Notes: a model not told the origin generated them from the sequence alone. Positions 1 through 13,290 are shown, counted from the stretch's first letter. The stretch: 64,000 nt of DNA from Tricharina praecox (GCF_024521635.1 NW_026250406.1:1612001-1676000); one strand, 5' to 3'. Translations and numbers: made by a program.

Positions 1-297
1 GCAACGGAGAATCATGAGCCACTCTTCGGGTTTGTGACGACAACGCGAAACGCGATGGCGATGGGTGTCAAGATTTGCTCGTCTCAGAACCCGACGGATC
101 TGAGTGTCTCCTACATGAGATTATTCTGCCTTGGCAAGACGAACGTGTGTATAGAGGGCATCTCTGGCCCGACGAGAAGTAGAGAATCAGTTCAACATTG
201 TCTATCTATCTATTTATCCCTACCTCTATCATCCGTATCCTTGACACTACCTAGGTCATATCAGACCTTCCACTATCCTCCTTTCTTTCCTTGTTTC

Positions 298-1005
298 CTA
301 GCTTCGGTTAGCAACGAGCAGAGGAGGAAGACAATTAATGCGCAAACATGAGCTACTCACCGAGTTTGAGATCATGACCGCAAACGAAGCACCAGTGATG
401 ATAGTGAGAGCGCCTGGGCGCCGGGGCGCGGGTGGCTCCTCGTCTTCATCTTCATCTTCCGACGTGTCCATGGCATCTCCCTGGTTGATGGTGATACCGT
501 TTTCGACGACACATGTCGCTTCGTTGTTCTGCTCTTCGGTCGCCGCGGGAAACATTAGCACTGGCGCATGCACCACCGCAGCTGGAAGACTACACCTACC
601 TGGCTTGTCCTTTGGGGGGTCAGCTTGCGGAACGGCCCTGTATCGTTCGCTCACCCACACCCAGTCGTCATCAACCCCTAAGATTGCGGTATTGCCACCA
701 TCACCCTTGGGTACTTCTTTCTTGTACCGTGAGTACAGAGCGCCCTTGTAGACACCCTTAGGATGATCGGGATACCAATGCTCGTTATACATCCTCCCGA
801 CTGAGGGCCAATCGTTCCCCAGATCGTCCCTGAGGAAACGCAACACGCACAATTTCTCGTGCATGTACGTTTCCCTCAGGGCGACCGGGGGCACGAGTTA
901 CGAGCGGCACTGCGTCTGCGATGTTGTTGTGGGCGGTGATGATGGTGGTGCTGTTCGATCGGTGGGTGTCGATGTTGAGGAAGGTTGTTCTGAAGCTTGA
1001 TGCAT
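298..1005 (-). pseudogene. Myb/SANT-like DNA-binding domain gene with one in-frame premature stop
   Basis: ATG at 1005 (context ACAATG, TATAAA on minus strand at 1083-1088) is in frame with ORF 298..894 but interrupted by TAA at 900-898. The peptide KLCVLRFLRDDLGNDWPSVGRMYNEHW...GALYSRY resembles fungal Myb-like HTH repeats. Confidence 0.5.
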
Positions 1006-1881
1006 TGTAATGATGAAGTGAAAGGATGGTTTTGGAGGGGATTCATCAAAGTGATGTGGGTGGAGGATGATAGTTGAAGTTGTTTATACGGGTGAAGGAG
1101 GGAGAGGAAGAGAAAGAGAGGAAGAATCCAAGCTGTAACCCGCTAGCGCATTGAAGATTGCAAGCGCCCACCACACGTGATTGTGGGAAGTGACTGCTAC
1201 TTCCTGAATGGGCCGCACAATGGCTTCTTCAACGCTAGCCTAATATTACGTGGGGTTGGCTGCGATCACTGATGCACTGCTCTCAATCCAGGTACCGTGC
1301 CTATCTAGTAGTCAGAGTGTTACGCTGTGCGCAGAACCTTGCTAACTGCGATCACACCTAGAAAGCTGCGGCCAGGCATCGACACCTACGGTTAGGCATA
1401 GACAGCTGCGGTTAGGCATGGACAACTGTGGACACATGGCATCGTGCCTATTGAATAACTATGCTGCATCATGTGCAGGTCAGGCAGTAGAAACGCCGCC
1501 CCGCACCCATCGGGGGGGTGTTTTTTTCTCAATGTAAAATAGTGAACCAAAAATCCCTCTACTGAATTACCAGCTCTGCGGCTCTCAGTATTTACAAGGA
1601 CTACTAAGATCAATAGAAGGGAGTTGAAACAGTACAACTACTAGCTCGAGGGCTACTGGATGTCTGATATTAACGCACGGCTGTGAGTCGAAATGACGAG
1701 CACTTCTGGCACGCTCGTAGCATTAAAAGTAGTGCTGCTAGTCCGATCCCTGATTACTAGTAGCTGCCTCACACATACCGTGCAACTTCACCTCTCATCC
1801 TCAACCTTCGTCCAATCCTCCTCTACAATCCCTCATCAAACCACACCTTGCCACAAAACAATCAACCAACCAATCTACAAC

Positions 1882-2459
1882 ATGCCTGTCACTGAACTCG
1901 TCATCTTCCTGGCCGCTGCCATTACATCCGTCGTTGTGATGGCTTTCCCTCCCCTTCCTTCATCTCCAGCGGCGTCACCAAAATGCTCAACAAGTCCCCA
2001 GCCCATGCTAAGGAGCACGCCGTCGACAAGGAGCTCGAGTTCCCCGACTACGTCATCAACCCTGACTTTGTCAACACCACCGACGTCGAGCGATTCTCCG
2101 TCTCGTCGTCCGGTCCATCTTCCTTCCCGACCCCCGGTTGGGTCTCCTGCCACACGACGTGGGCCTCGCCTACCTTCACGGAAGTCAACTACCTAATCGC
2201 CAAGATCGCCACGCACACGGGCTGGAACGACTGCACGCAGAAGAACATGGGCGGCTCCAAGTGCACCAAGCTTGACAAGTACTACGGCGGCGCCATTTCG
2301 TTCTGCGGAAAGCACGATATCACCCGCACCTGCAGCATGATCTCCACCGCTGCGCAGAAGGTAAGGGATCACTGCAGTATCGGCTACATGCACCGCGCCG
2401 GCGGCGTCTTCAAGTTTAACACGAGTACACAGGGTTTCGTTTCGGCAGGGTCTGATTAA
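1882..2459 (+). pseudogene. Small secreted Cys-rich protein, copy 1, with a 1-nt frameshift just after the signal peptide
   Basis: Signal peptide MPVTELVIFLAAAITSVVVMA starts at ATG 1882; the mature domain (CHTTWASP...CTQKNMGGSKC...AISFCG...C...C...RAGG) is in another frame (ORF 1983..2459). Adding one C at GCTTTCCCTCC (~1945-1950) restores a single ORF. No GT-AG intron fixes the frame. Confidence 0.7.
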
Positions 2460-2632
2460 GCGACGGAATCGCCGGTAGATCCCGGCGCTAACAGATGCTT
2501 ATTGCAACCGCATAAATCCACATCGCCACCATTGCCAATTCAGCGTAGGCGACGGTCGCAACCCATGCAGCCCACCAGCATGGGTCTGCCGCATCATACT
2601 CTCAGCAAAAGGAAAAACATCAAAAGGTATAC

Positions 2633-2713
2633 CGACGTCGACAGGATTCGAACCTGCGCGGGCGAACCCAAGAGATTTCTAATCTCTCTCCTTAACCACT
2701 CGGACACAACGCC
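2633..2713 (-). tRNA. tRNA-Ser(AGA)
   Basis: Minus strand reads GGCGTTGTGTCCGAGTGGTTAAGGAGAGAGATTAGAAATCTCTTGGGTTCGCCCGCGCAGGTTCGAATCCTGTCGACGTCG: acceptor stem, AGA anticodon loop, long variable arm, GTTCGAATC T-loop, and downstream oligo-T terminator. Confidence 0.95.
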
Positions 2714-3504
2714 TTTCTCTGGACACTATTCGGCCATGACAGCCTTAATGTTAACTCACAGTCCAGAGACTTTCGCGCTAAAACCGTTGAGAAAACTTGT
2801 GGACCAGAAAGGCCGACCATGATCCACGCCGCACCGCTCGCAGTCCAATAGATCTTTTTGCAAATGGTGCGTTACAGTAAGGTGTAAATGCTTTGTATCG
2901 CAGAGTAAATGCGATGGCCATGGTCTCGGGAGTGTAGGGAGTGTAAAATGTCGCATGAAATAAGCGAAGCGTTGGGCAATGTGCAGCCCTCGTGGTTCTA
3001 TGTGACGTTAGTTGAAGTGCGGCATGAAATTAAACAGATCGTTATTGCGGACGCCGGAGTCTCGTACCAACCAGTCTGTGGCTTCCAGCTGGTGGCCCGG
3101 CCTTAATATGTGAAAGCGGACGGATCACGTCGGCAAGGCTGAGACCGCTTGCGAGCGAGGCTGTAATCACGTGACCGGAAGGCTCACATTTTATGCGAAC
3201 AAAGGAAGCGGTCGCTGCGTGGCGGAGTCACGGAGGCGATGGATACTGTAATTATCGCACATGATACTTTAATGATAACACTGAAGAGATTAGATTGTAC
3301 CAGGCGGCGCCGCTGCTCGATAAGCTTACCCGACTTATGAAGCGCCCCTTCGATGCTCGATCACCAACGACAGTAATCGATACTCACAGAGTTGTGAGTT
3401 GAAAGTCATTCATATTAAGCTCAGATTTTCTATGTGCTTATCACTGTTATTTCTTTTGATATTCAAAGCCTAACCGAACACCTGCTACAACTGAGTGACG
3501 ACTC

Positions 3505-4284
3505 ATGAAATTCTTGTTGCCCTCTGCGATGGCTTCACTCTTCTCCCACTTTTCTTTGGCCGCGAAAGGATCCTCAAGTCCCCTCAACCCAAACAACCAC
3601 CAAACACCGGCCATGGCGCATACTCACCCCAAAGTGCACCCCCACCGTGCCAACCGGCTCTCCGCCATGACTGCCCACCGACTCTCCGTCGTGTCAGCCA
3701 CCGGCACGATTGTCACCAACCCGAGCGCCACCACCATCCACTCCGCGCCGGACATTACGAGCATAAAGTCCGCCCCGGTCCCGATCGCTACCTCTATCTC
3801 GGCTCCGAGCTGTAGGACCCCCCGTCAATAAAATCTGCTTACATATGCTGACCACTTCACAGCCCCCGCGCTGCGCCGGGCCGTAGGAATCGCTAGCTCG
3901 ACCGCCGCCGGAATCGCAAGCTACCGCAAGCTGCGCACGCTCTTCATCAAGCACCAGCGGGATGCGACGATCGACTACGTGGATTCGCTCAACAAGTACC
4001 TGAAGTGGGCTGACGCTCTGATTGAGTCCAGGAACGTCCCGCCGGGCGAGCTCTACACCGAGCTCATCGAGTTCCGCGCCGCGTTGTTCAACTTCATCCA
4101 CAACGACAGCGATCACTTCTTCGACTACGACGTCGCCATGTGCGTCTGGGTCCCCCAGGCTATCAAGTTCAAGCCCTACGCGAGGAAGTTTGACAAGTGG
4201 AAGGAGGCTATCGTCTTGGATTTCGCGGAGAACGGCGTCTCGTCGAATCCGCCGGTGAGGAGTCTCTGGGAGAGGGGATACTAG
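3505..4284 (+). CDS. Two-exon hypothetical protein (~242 aa)
   Basis: Exon 1 3505..3811, intron 3812..3862 (GTAGGA...GCTGAC...CAG), exon 2 3863..4284 in frame with ORF 3979..4284; strong C/G third-position codon bias. Confidence 0.7.
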
Positions 4285-6002
4285 GCGCACGGGGTACTGG
4301 GTTACTAGGTGCACGGATTTCTTCGCCATTGATCTACTGTTACTACTGTGCTCTGCTCTGCGTACCTGTACGGCTCAACTGGGAATTTCGGAATAAATTG
4401 GCGTTCTCGCGATCTTGATTCTCGTGCGCTTTTTTACTCTCACACGTCTTTTTATAAGCATTATAGGAACTGCGATGGAGACAATTGCGGCAGTGATTAC
4501 GGCGACATCGAGTAGACTATCTCGTAGGCGCGGCGGACACGGCGGCGGCGGCAATTGCAGTCACTTTTAAGTCAGGTAGAGTCTGTGAAACACTCCAACC
4601 AATCTCAGTCTATCTTCATTCTCTGACTGTCTCGCTCTACTTATATAACCACAGCAAGCACAATGTCCACGCAGACGATGTTACTCGCACAACCCCCCTT
4701 CAAGAACCACACTTCTACCCAACCCGAAGCTCGGTGTTGGATGATTATCTGCATGGCTCTATCGGTAATACAGTCTACGTATGGGGCCACATATAAGCCG
4801 CACTTAATCGTCAGGGAAGAATCCGTAGCATAAAGTCGGATGAGCGAGTGTTGAGAAGTGATCCCATTATCTTCACCTTTTGCAGTGCCCGAGTACGGAG
4901 CGATGAAGGATGATACAGAATTTCATACAATAACTCCAGACATACTGACAAGCGATTGTCAGACTACATCAGTGACCCACGACGGCGAGGAAATCTATAA
5001 CGAGACCGATTAACGTTCACCATAGTCGATCCGCTTGGGCGTGAAAGTCTTAGCTCAGGTCTCTCCGCCTTACCTGGTATGTCTCTCCAGATGTGTGCCC
5101 CTTCTCTCCTATTCCCTCTGGGTCATTATTTGGGTGGACATTTCTAATATTTCCACAGCTTCGTGCAAGTAGAACAATCCGCCAGCCTACCGCTCTTCTT
5201 CATTCCTTGGTTCATCCACAGGCATTGCTCACCACCGGCTCGCCTCTCCATGCATAATTACTGGTAACTTATTTGTGAGTCGATGCAGAGTAGAACTTCG
5301 GCCCATTGCGACTCCTTCGTTGGCCGTCCAGTGCCGAGATCAGGACCAGTAGTTCCGCCCTCAAGAACCGCTCACTGGTCTCTGAGTACTATCGTCAATG
5401 GCAACGCCATTACCGCCGCCGCAATCACCACCTAGCACCACTGGTCCCCCGTCCACCGCGTTGGTGATCAGGGATGATGGATCTGGGGGAGTCTACTCCA
5501 TGATTGCGTGGAAATTTGGACAACCACCCTGCTAGTACCTCCCAGCCTGCCCGAATAACCCCGAAGCAGTGTGATACACCGAGGAGATGGGTGAAGGGAT
5601 GAAGAGTGGGATATCTACCTTGCGGTCTCGACTCTGGAAGCAACACGGGAAGCAGGCGGACATGACGATTCGAGCACGACAGGGTGACTATGATACACGC
5701 ACGATGGGGATTGAGCTATGTATAATAGATTATGGCGGGGGTGTTTGAAGGCTTAGGAAGAACATTGGATGGGCATATTCGCAATCCTCTGTGGCATCAG
5801 TTGCAGTACGCAAAATAGGTCGCGTACCGGCACTCAACTGGTACAGAGCTTAATCACAGCGTAGTAATGACCATCTACGTGGATTTGGCATCTGACCGCG
5901 CCTGGAATGAGGGTCCACTACATACAACAGGCCGCTCTCATGCATATCAGGCAGCCTACTACAGCTCCCCTTTTTCTCACTCGGTTCGCTGGGCGTCAGT
6001 CC

Positions 6003-6223
6003 TGTCAAGAAAAGTGGCATATTGAAGTAATGTACAGTGTATGATAGCCAGAGTACAAGGCATATATAGAGAAAGGCGCTGGGAGCCTCGGATAGAGGCC
6101 GCTCGCCGCCGCACGCCACCTCCGTGAGAACGGCTAACCGATGTATCTCGACATAGCGAGTGATTGTATATGACGCGGTCCACGCAAGTGAAGCGGTACA
6201 CGGAAGTTCGTGATATTATGACA
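6003..6223. mobile_element. Solo LTR, family A, with 5-bp TSD AGTCC
   Basis: TGTCA...TGACA termini; AGTCC at 5998-6002 and 6224-6228; internal TATATA; homologous to 28064..28246 and to 17493..17618. Confidence 0.9.
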
Positions 6224-7119
6224 AGTCCTCTGGCAGGCTCCAGACTAAGGATACAGAGAATACGTCGGACTTTAAGAGGACTCGTGTGTGCGCGGGACAC
6301 CCGCCGCCGTCGAACGCCCGCTTGCGGCCAGATACAACCCTCACAGTCTACGACAGGCGAAAGTACTTGGGCGTATCCGCATAACGGCTCACAAAGACGG
6401 ACGATGGAGGGTGGATTGAGAGAGTGGTCAATAACAGAGGCATAATACACGTAGTAATGTACGTACTGACTACCGGCCCCAATGACATGTAGCCTATAGA
6501 AGTATGCGAGCTGAAGGGATATAGCGGCGGATTTTCAAATTTCCGAGCTTCCACATCTCAAAACGTATCATTTTTTACACACTGGCATCAGGCAGAGAAA
6601 AGTAGAATTTCCTGTAGGACTGGGTAGGCTAGATCATAGAGTCGGTAGGGTAACACCACGACAATAGATAGGAAACAACGTTGGTAGGCAGCGGCGCAGC
6701 AACCGGCCGTGGTGGTATCTAGAGCTTTTTTTCGACCCGCGGATCTGGCAGGAAAGGAAAGGTTTGGAAGATGATGGTCGCCATAGTCTAGCAATCTTCT
6801 ACCCCAGCCTTCCCAACTATCTAAACTCCGGACTCCTCACCTCCGCCTTCAACACCACTCCTCCCTCCAACATCGTCTGCTACTACTCCCGCAAGGATTG
6901 AAGGCTGTCACTTCCCCAACACTGGTAAGGCTCCAGCCAGTCTAAAGCCTGATCTCTTTCCTCGCTTGCCAGGTTATCAGGTCGTACGGCCCGTGCCCTT
7001 TCCTCCGCTCTGGCTCTCACCGCGTCCCAGTCCATGGATCTCTCCGAGGTGGGAGTTGGTGTGCCTGAGGCAGGACTTCGGAAGGACAAATGTCGGGGGG
7101 GGGGGGGGGGGGGGGGTGG

Positions 7120-7640
7120 GGGAGGAAAACAGGTTCCATTGCCTGCCGCTTCTCTTCTGCTTCCATTGCTCTCCCCACCGCCGCCGCTCTTTCTCCTTCT
7201 CCCTGCACCCTGTTATGGAACTGGTGCGCTCCGCCGCCAGCGCCGCCACGTCCGAGGTGTTGCCCGGGGGTTTCTGTTGCTCTTCACGAAGCGGAGGGGC
7301 ACCCGACGGCCGGCATCCGGAGGACGGGCTCGCTGTACTTCAGGTGGCCGAACAGATCCCTGATCTTCAGTCCGTCCTCGCTTCGACCAGTTTTCTTGGG
7401 GACTTCCGTCCACAGGGTTCTCTGTTATTCCTTCCACTGCGCGCAGTTCGTGAACAGGTGTTCTCAAGTCTGGGTTTTGTCCCGACTGCACCAGCACTCT
7501 GCCGACGGTCGTTGCACCGTGCTGTTTTCGTGATTGCGATACGCTCTAACTTAGGTTGTTGTAATATCTCACTCGTTCTTGCGGGCACGGGCCTTCGCCC
7601 CTTTCCTATACTGGAGGCTACAGCCTCCCTTCTCTAGACA
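7120..7640 (-). mobile_element. Degenerate Tad1-like LINE ORF2 3' end (Cys/His zinc-binding region)
   Basis: Minus strand translates ECWCSRDKTQT*EHLFTNCAQWKE*QRTLWTEV...KIRDLF..., matching the fungal LINE C-terminal CWWC...QTREHLF..C..W motif. Both stops are consistent with C-to-T changes (CGA>TGA, CAA>TAA). Confidence 0.75.
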
Positions 7641-7951
7641 CAATAAACATACCATAATTCATCCATTCAGTCACTATTCACAAAATCTGTCTCGGCGGGA
7701 GTTCCGAGTGACTGCGTGTCCATGGGAATTGCGGACGTTGTAAATATCAACAGTGGTGAGTCAGCGCCAAAATCCGGGCAGTCAGGGTCAACTCCGTTAA
7801 ACAACCCCTCCCCCCCATTTAATACTTTACATTCACTGGTACAGTACCCTCCCTCTCTACCTTACTAACTAGGGCCACTACCCTACCATTCAACGCATCA
7901 CACTCGTTACCCCTTCCACCTCACTCACGACCCCAGAGAAACCGATCGACC

Positions 7952-8602
7952 ATGTGTTTTTCGTTCTCCATCTTCTCCCTCCTGACCTCCAGACCCCCCG
8001 CCGATCTCGAACGCGGCATCTCGCCCCCAAGCTCGCCTGATCTGGAACCTACCGTTTACACTCCGATAAACCGAGACTTCGATCCGTTCGAGAACACCGA
8101 CGTTGATTTCATCTCCCGCACCCCTTTGCACGACGCGCCGGTGCTGCATTCCGGTCTTCCCAGGGGAGTGCGATCAAGGACCCTTTTGGATCACAGGAGG
8201 AGGATGAGACTCAAGGAGCAGAGGCGGAACGGTCAGCCGGAGTGGCAGGGAGGAGGTTCCGACGTCAAGGGCAAAGGCAAGGCCAATGCCGCCAATTTTG
8301 GGATACCGCGCATCGAGATCACCATGTACGACAACGTCATGGCCGAGAGTTCGAAAGCCGCCGAGAACCGTCTCATCACCACCCTCGAGGACATCTTCGA
8401 GAACAAGTTTCACGTTTCCGACCGCCCGAACATCGAAAACGCGCAGCCGGAGTCTTCCAACAGGTCCGAAACCCTCAAAGCTTTGCATGTCGACCACATC
8501 GAGAATCCGCAGCAAGAGTCATCCAACAAGTCAACCACCGCGAAGGAGAACGTCTACCCCGACACCGACACCGGCTTCATCTCCACGCGCTCCTACCCCT
8601 GA
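7952..8602 (+). CDS. Hypothetical protein, 216 aa, largely disordered
   Basis: Uninterrupted ORF, ACCATG start context, pyrimidine-rich leader, coding-like codon bias; no recognisable domain. Confidence 0.65.
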   Translation: MCFSFSIFSLLTSRPPADLERGISPPSSPDLEPTVYTPINRDFDPFENTDVDFISRTPLHDAPVLHSGLPRGVRSRTLLDHRRRMRLKEQRRNGQPEWQGGGSDVKGKGKANAANFGIPRIEITMYDNVMAESSKAAENRLITTLEDIFENKFHVSDRPNIENAQPESSNRSETLKALHVDHIENPQQESSNKSTTAKENVYPDTDTGFISTRSYP

Positions 8603-9255
8603 TCCATACGATATTTGTGGGCTCGATGGTTGGAGGAGCTGTAGATAGCACCTGCGCATAGCTTGGTCGTTTCTGTTTTTCTACACCTTCATTGCTTAGA
8701 GTACCGAATGTCAATTTCTCTGGCTGTGCCCATTGTTTCATCAGTGCTGTTTCGACCCCTATTTTCCCGTTCTTTCATCATTCTCTCTCATGTAAGCCTC
8801 ATTCCTCACTCGTATACCACCGCCCTTCCATGGTCCCCCGTGCGATGCCGCCGTCCTCCCACGGAGAAGGATGGCGCATCTCCACAGACATGTGATATCA
8901 CTCGCTCATCTTCCATTCGTGAATATTTTCCATCTCGTCAGGATCGATTACAGTGTTTAAAACCTCGTGGATACGTTCTCGCCACTCTGCTATACTCTCT
9001 GCGCCTTTTGGTCCGAGATGTTGGAGCTTTTTTGCGAATATCGACTCGCCGATTGGGACTGCAGACCTTTTTGAAAAACAAGCCACTGGGTCCAAAAAGA
9101 AAGGAACAAGAGGTAACAGACGGAACGGTGATCGATTCTGTGTAGAGGAGTAATCGAAGGAAGATTTATCCATGCTAAATAATCTAGCGAAAGTACATAG
9201 GCGGAAAAATCCACCGTTTATTATCCCTCATCCTCCGCTGGCAACGGCATTTCTA

Positions 9256-9720
9256 AAGTTCCCTGACAAAAAGGATTGGACAAAGCCCGTTTTACACCAA
9301 AAATGCCCATTTTCATGCAACCCAAACATACCCTCCACCTGGTGGAAAAAAACCGTCTCTTTCACAGAAGCGTTAAAATCACAAGTTTCTTCATCAGTAA
9401 AAACTTTGACGACTTTCATCACAGATTGGGGCTGTATGACGTTGTATTGTGCAGGAGTTGAAAAGTGACATGAAATTTTGTATGGGGCTCCCATACAAAA
9501 AGCTACTTGGCAACTATTAACTTTTCCCCCGTATGGTATTGCTCCACAACAACGACTCAGAGCTCTGCGAGGAGTTAGCATATCCTTGTCGGTGTAGTTA
9601 TAGAGGTCTCACGATGGTCTCTGATTTTTTTCGATACGTTGTGGTTGTTGGATCGGTGGCTGAAAATGGCCATTTTTGGTGTAAAATGGGCACTGTCCAA
9701 TCCTTTTTGTCCTAGCACTG
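9256..9720. mobile_element. Tc1/mariner-type MITE, ~465 bp, TA target duplication
   Basis: ~55-60 bp imperfect TIRs: GACAAAAAGGATTGGACA..GCCC.TTTTACACCAAAAATG.CCATTTTCA at 9265-9317 and its reverse complement at 9661-9711. The right end is CACTG|TA; there is a TA at 9254-9255 at the matching left position. Confidence 0.8.
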
Positions 9721-10708
9721 TACATACATCTCCGGTCTAATTAGCAACCTTCCTCATCCCAGACTTTCCCACAACCTCAAGCTGTCCACCAGCCATTTGC
9801 GTCTCCATGGTCCGGATTGCCATAGATGGTCATGCTCCTGATTGGCATAGCCGCCCAGCGCCCCAGGCGGCCCGTTTCAATTGCACGGAATGTTGACGCT
9901 CTACGTTCCGCATAGCGAGATCTCGCCGACGGCCGCCGAAGTGCGTCGCCAAATTCTTGCACTTAGTGCCGTGCTGCCCTTGCTTGTCTGCTGAATTGCC
10001 ACAATTCTTAACCAACCGTCGCGGTCAACCCGAGGCGAAGCGGGAACCGAACGCTCACTTTACGAATTACTCGACTGCGAATCTACCACCCAGTACTGTT
10101 CGTCTCACACAGACTCCCCATTCACTTGATCATACATAACAGGCAGACTAGCAGGAAAGAAAGTTATAAATTTAAGGAAGTAATTAAAAACTGCAAGTAA
10201 TTTTGATACACGGAGAAAAAAAACCAAAGCAATGTGCAAGGAACTGCTCAAACTCCACCGAAGTCTCGCAGAATTTACAGTCCTTCTCGATTTGCTAAAA
10301 TCCGTCAGCGATGAGCTCAGGAGGAGGATGAGTAACGCAAAATCATGAGCCACTCACCATGTGCGTCACATCCAACACGTGGAACGCGGCGGCCACGGCC
10401 GCAGGGGCGCCGAGGCGCCGGGGCGCCGGGGCGCGGGGGGCAGAGCCGCCGAGGTGGTATCTCCACTTCACGCTTCTTGCGGCCCTTCTGAGCGCCATAG
10501 CCCCGGACAAACAGTACGTCCTTGATGTCCTAGGTTCGGTCAGCTATGAGCAGCGGGGGAAGGCGCCTAAACCAGATGCATGAGCCACCCACCGAGTTGT
10601 CTTCAGCGTTGTCAGTTGCTGAGTTTTAGATCCTTCTTCGATGTAGAAATGAAGACGTATTCGGTGGTCTGCGCCTTCTGCCGGATGGATTAATTGGCGG
10701 AATCCAAT

Positions 10709-11145
10709 CTATTCGGTGTTCTTTGGGTTGAACACCACACAAATCATCCGGCCAACTGTATTCTTTGCATAAAGTGGGTCGGAATTCTCATCTGAATTGC
10801 AGTGGTCCGAGAAGAAGAGCTAGATTCGGTGTCAGCGAAATGTAAACAAAGTGTAAAAGGAAACATACCTCGTTCTTGTACGGATAGTGACCCCCATCCA
10901 GAATGGTGTCATTGGGCCGGTAGAGCCAGGCAATTCTTATTTGCCGGCCTACCAGCTTCGTGATGTACCCAAACCACTCCTCTTCTCCCCAAGTTGAGCG
11001 CGGGTGACTGAACCGCCGAGGCAGTGGGGGTCGAGACCCGGAAGTTATTCCTGGTTCGAAACAATAATCTTGGTGACGGGGCGCCGGGGCGTGGGCGACG
11101 GCACCGCCGAGGCGGTGAAGAAGAGTCGGTGGCTTTGGACGTCAT
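10709..11145 (-). pseudogene. Relic of a DIM-2/Masc2-type BAH-domain exon pair
   Basis: WGEEEWFGYITKLVGRQIRIAWLYRPNDTILDGGHYPYKNE, then intron 10868..10820 (GTATGT...GCTGAC...TAG), then LFFSDHCNSDE.... The upstream ATG at 11145 is out of frame and a TAG follows shortly downstream. Confidence 0.65.
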
Positions 11146-11500
11146 GGTGTAAAGGACGTAATTGGGGAGATTCCGTGGGGAGTAGGGATGTGAAAGAGTG
11201 GTGTGTGTAAAGATGAGCTAAGAGAGTCGAGTATAAAAGGAAGAGACCAAGAAGATTGTTGTGAAGAGAGAGATGAGTAAAGAAGAAGGGAGGAAAAGAA
11301 GGAGGGGGGGGTTCTTATAGAGAATCCAGGAGGAGATTTAGCTGAAATGCTGGGTAAGCGGACACTCACAATTGTGAGTTTCCGCTAGCGACGGCCAATT
11401 TTCTCACATAGTATTCGCCGGGTGATCGCAAGCAAACTTCAAAGTGGTGCCGAGTGAGATTGACGGTTAGTACGAGTGCGAGGCATGCGAGCGAAACAAA

Positions 11501-11560
11501 CACGAGCAAACACGAGCAAACACGAGCAAACACGAGCAAACACGAGCAAACACGAGCAAA
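11501..11560. repeat. Perfect minisatellite (CACGAGCAAA)x6
   Basis: Read directly from the sequence. Confidence 0.98.
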
Positions 11561-11687
11561 CATGTGAATATTCCAGCACCGCTCGTGCTCCCATAAACGG
11601 CGCTCAGTAGGTTGACAGTGTGGAGAGTCCGATCAACCGGCTGGAGCATACTACACATTACTTACAGGCAAGCTATTGAAATACAGG

Positions 11688-11745
11688 AGGGCATCACGTG
11701 CATAGGTGTAGCAGGGCATCACGTGCATAGGTGTAGCAGGGCATC
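11688..11745. repeat. 25-bp tandem duplication (AGGGCATCACGTGCATAGGTGTAGC)x2.3 containing CACGTG
   Basis: Read directly from the sequence. Confidence 0.95.
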
Positions 11746-13290
11746 GGTATCAGCCTCGAGATAGCTATCGGTAGACGATGCACCCGAAGCTACTCATACT
11801 CGTCCTCTAATCTCGTAGCAAGACCGCCCGCCGCAGCGCCACCCGCTGTAGGAACCGTTAGAATGGTTCTAGAGAATGCATGCGTAGACTCCTGCATACG
11901 ATGCAATACTCGGCTACCCTGACTCGCACGGTTTGTCCGACCGTGTGAGGATAGTCTAAAAACAGGAACGTTTCTACGAGGTGCAGAGGCAACGGTCGCA
12001 ACTCCCGACTCCCAACGCTGTATCTACGTACGATATTGACTCTAGGAGGCAGGGCTGTAAAACGTCCGTCCAGTCCGTCTTTGAGGTTGCCCGAGACGAG
12101 ACGGTGTTAGTCAGGCTGAGGAGAACAAACCAGCTTCGCCAGACTGCCTTCGATCTCGGTGAAGCTAGGGGGTTGAAGCTGCGGAGGTCTCGCAGGCAGG
12201 TTACCTAACCTGCCGAAGAAAACGGGATTATTGTCTGTGCGTGTGATGATGCGATCTAGTGGACGGACGTGGTGCGATCATGTGCTTCCATGCGGTAGGT
12301 CGGCATGGGTCAGTGGTTCAACTCAGGGTGTATGACGGTGTACGGAATGTCGAGAGTCATGGATGATGGAGCGGGACTCGATGTCGTTCGACGGTTCGAC
12401 GGCTCGACGGCTCGACGGCTCGGCGGTTCGTACGGCGTGGGCGGGAGACCACCCGTGACACGAGGGCTGAGGCCATGTTGCTATGGCGTAGAGGGTGAAG
12501 ACTGAGAGGATCGTGAAGACAAGAGGTGAGTAAGTGTGATGGAGTTGGTGTAGCGGTTGTGCCTAGAGTTCTGTTTGGTTGCGATTTCAGGTTATTGCGA
12601 TAGAAAATCACGGAGGCATGAGATACCTAGAAGTGTAGGGAAAAGACAGGCTGGAGGTAACCTACGCGTCCGAATGAATCCGAGAACGTGTAGAGAATGT
12701 GATCTGAAGCAGTCTTGCTGCGATTTGATCATGAGATCTCACCCTTTCGACGGCTTACTTGCATCTGCTGTGAACTCTCCACTGTCGAACATCAGTCACT
12801 TCGCAATTCCGTGATACGAAAACATATTTTTCACTTCGGATGCTCGAATATCAACCACTGTAGACGTACCTGTCGGAACATCGCCAGTAGCAACCGCCCG
12901 GTTTTTGTATCACTCGCTTCAGGACTTACGACCACGCGCAGACGTCGGAAGTTCTTCTATGAGGATATTTCGTCAGCCACATGTGCATACCCAAGAAGAG
13001 CACTCAATGAACTGTCATTGAGGCGTGTACAAGGGCCTTCGATGGGAGGTGTCGCTAAACGCCAGGTGATGGAAGTAGACACGGAATTGTTACGACCGAC
13101 GCGATGCACAGGGGAGTAGATGGGATGGCTGGCAAGTTCATAATGGGACCCAAAGTTTCATATATTAGGTTTTTTGAAGAGGAAGGTCACATTCACTCGT
13201 CTTTGCGAAACGTAAAATTCACAGGATTCCCGGATACAGCTATGTCAATTGATTCCAATAACCGTATGCTGTACTCTCCCACTACTGTGG

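Noticed and set aside
6966..7637. 223-aa plus-strand ORF
   Set aside because: Antisense to a LINE relic and runs through a 22-nt G tract.
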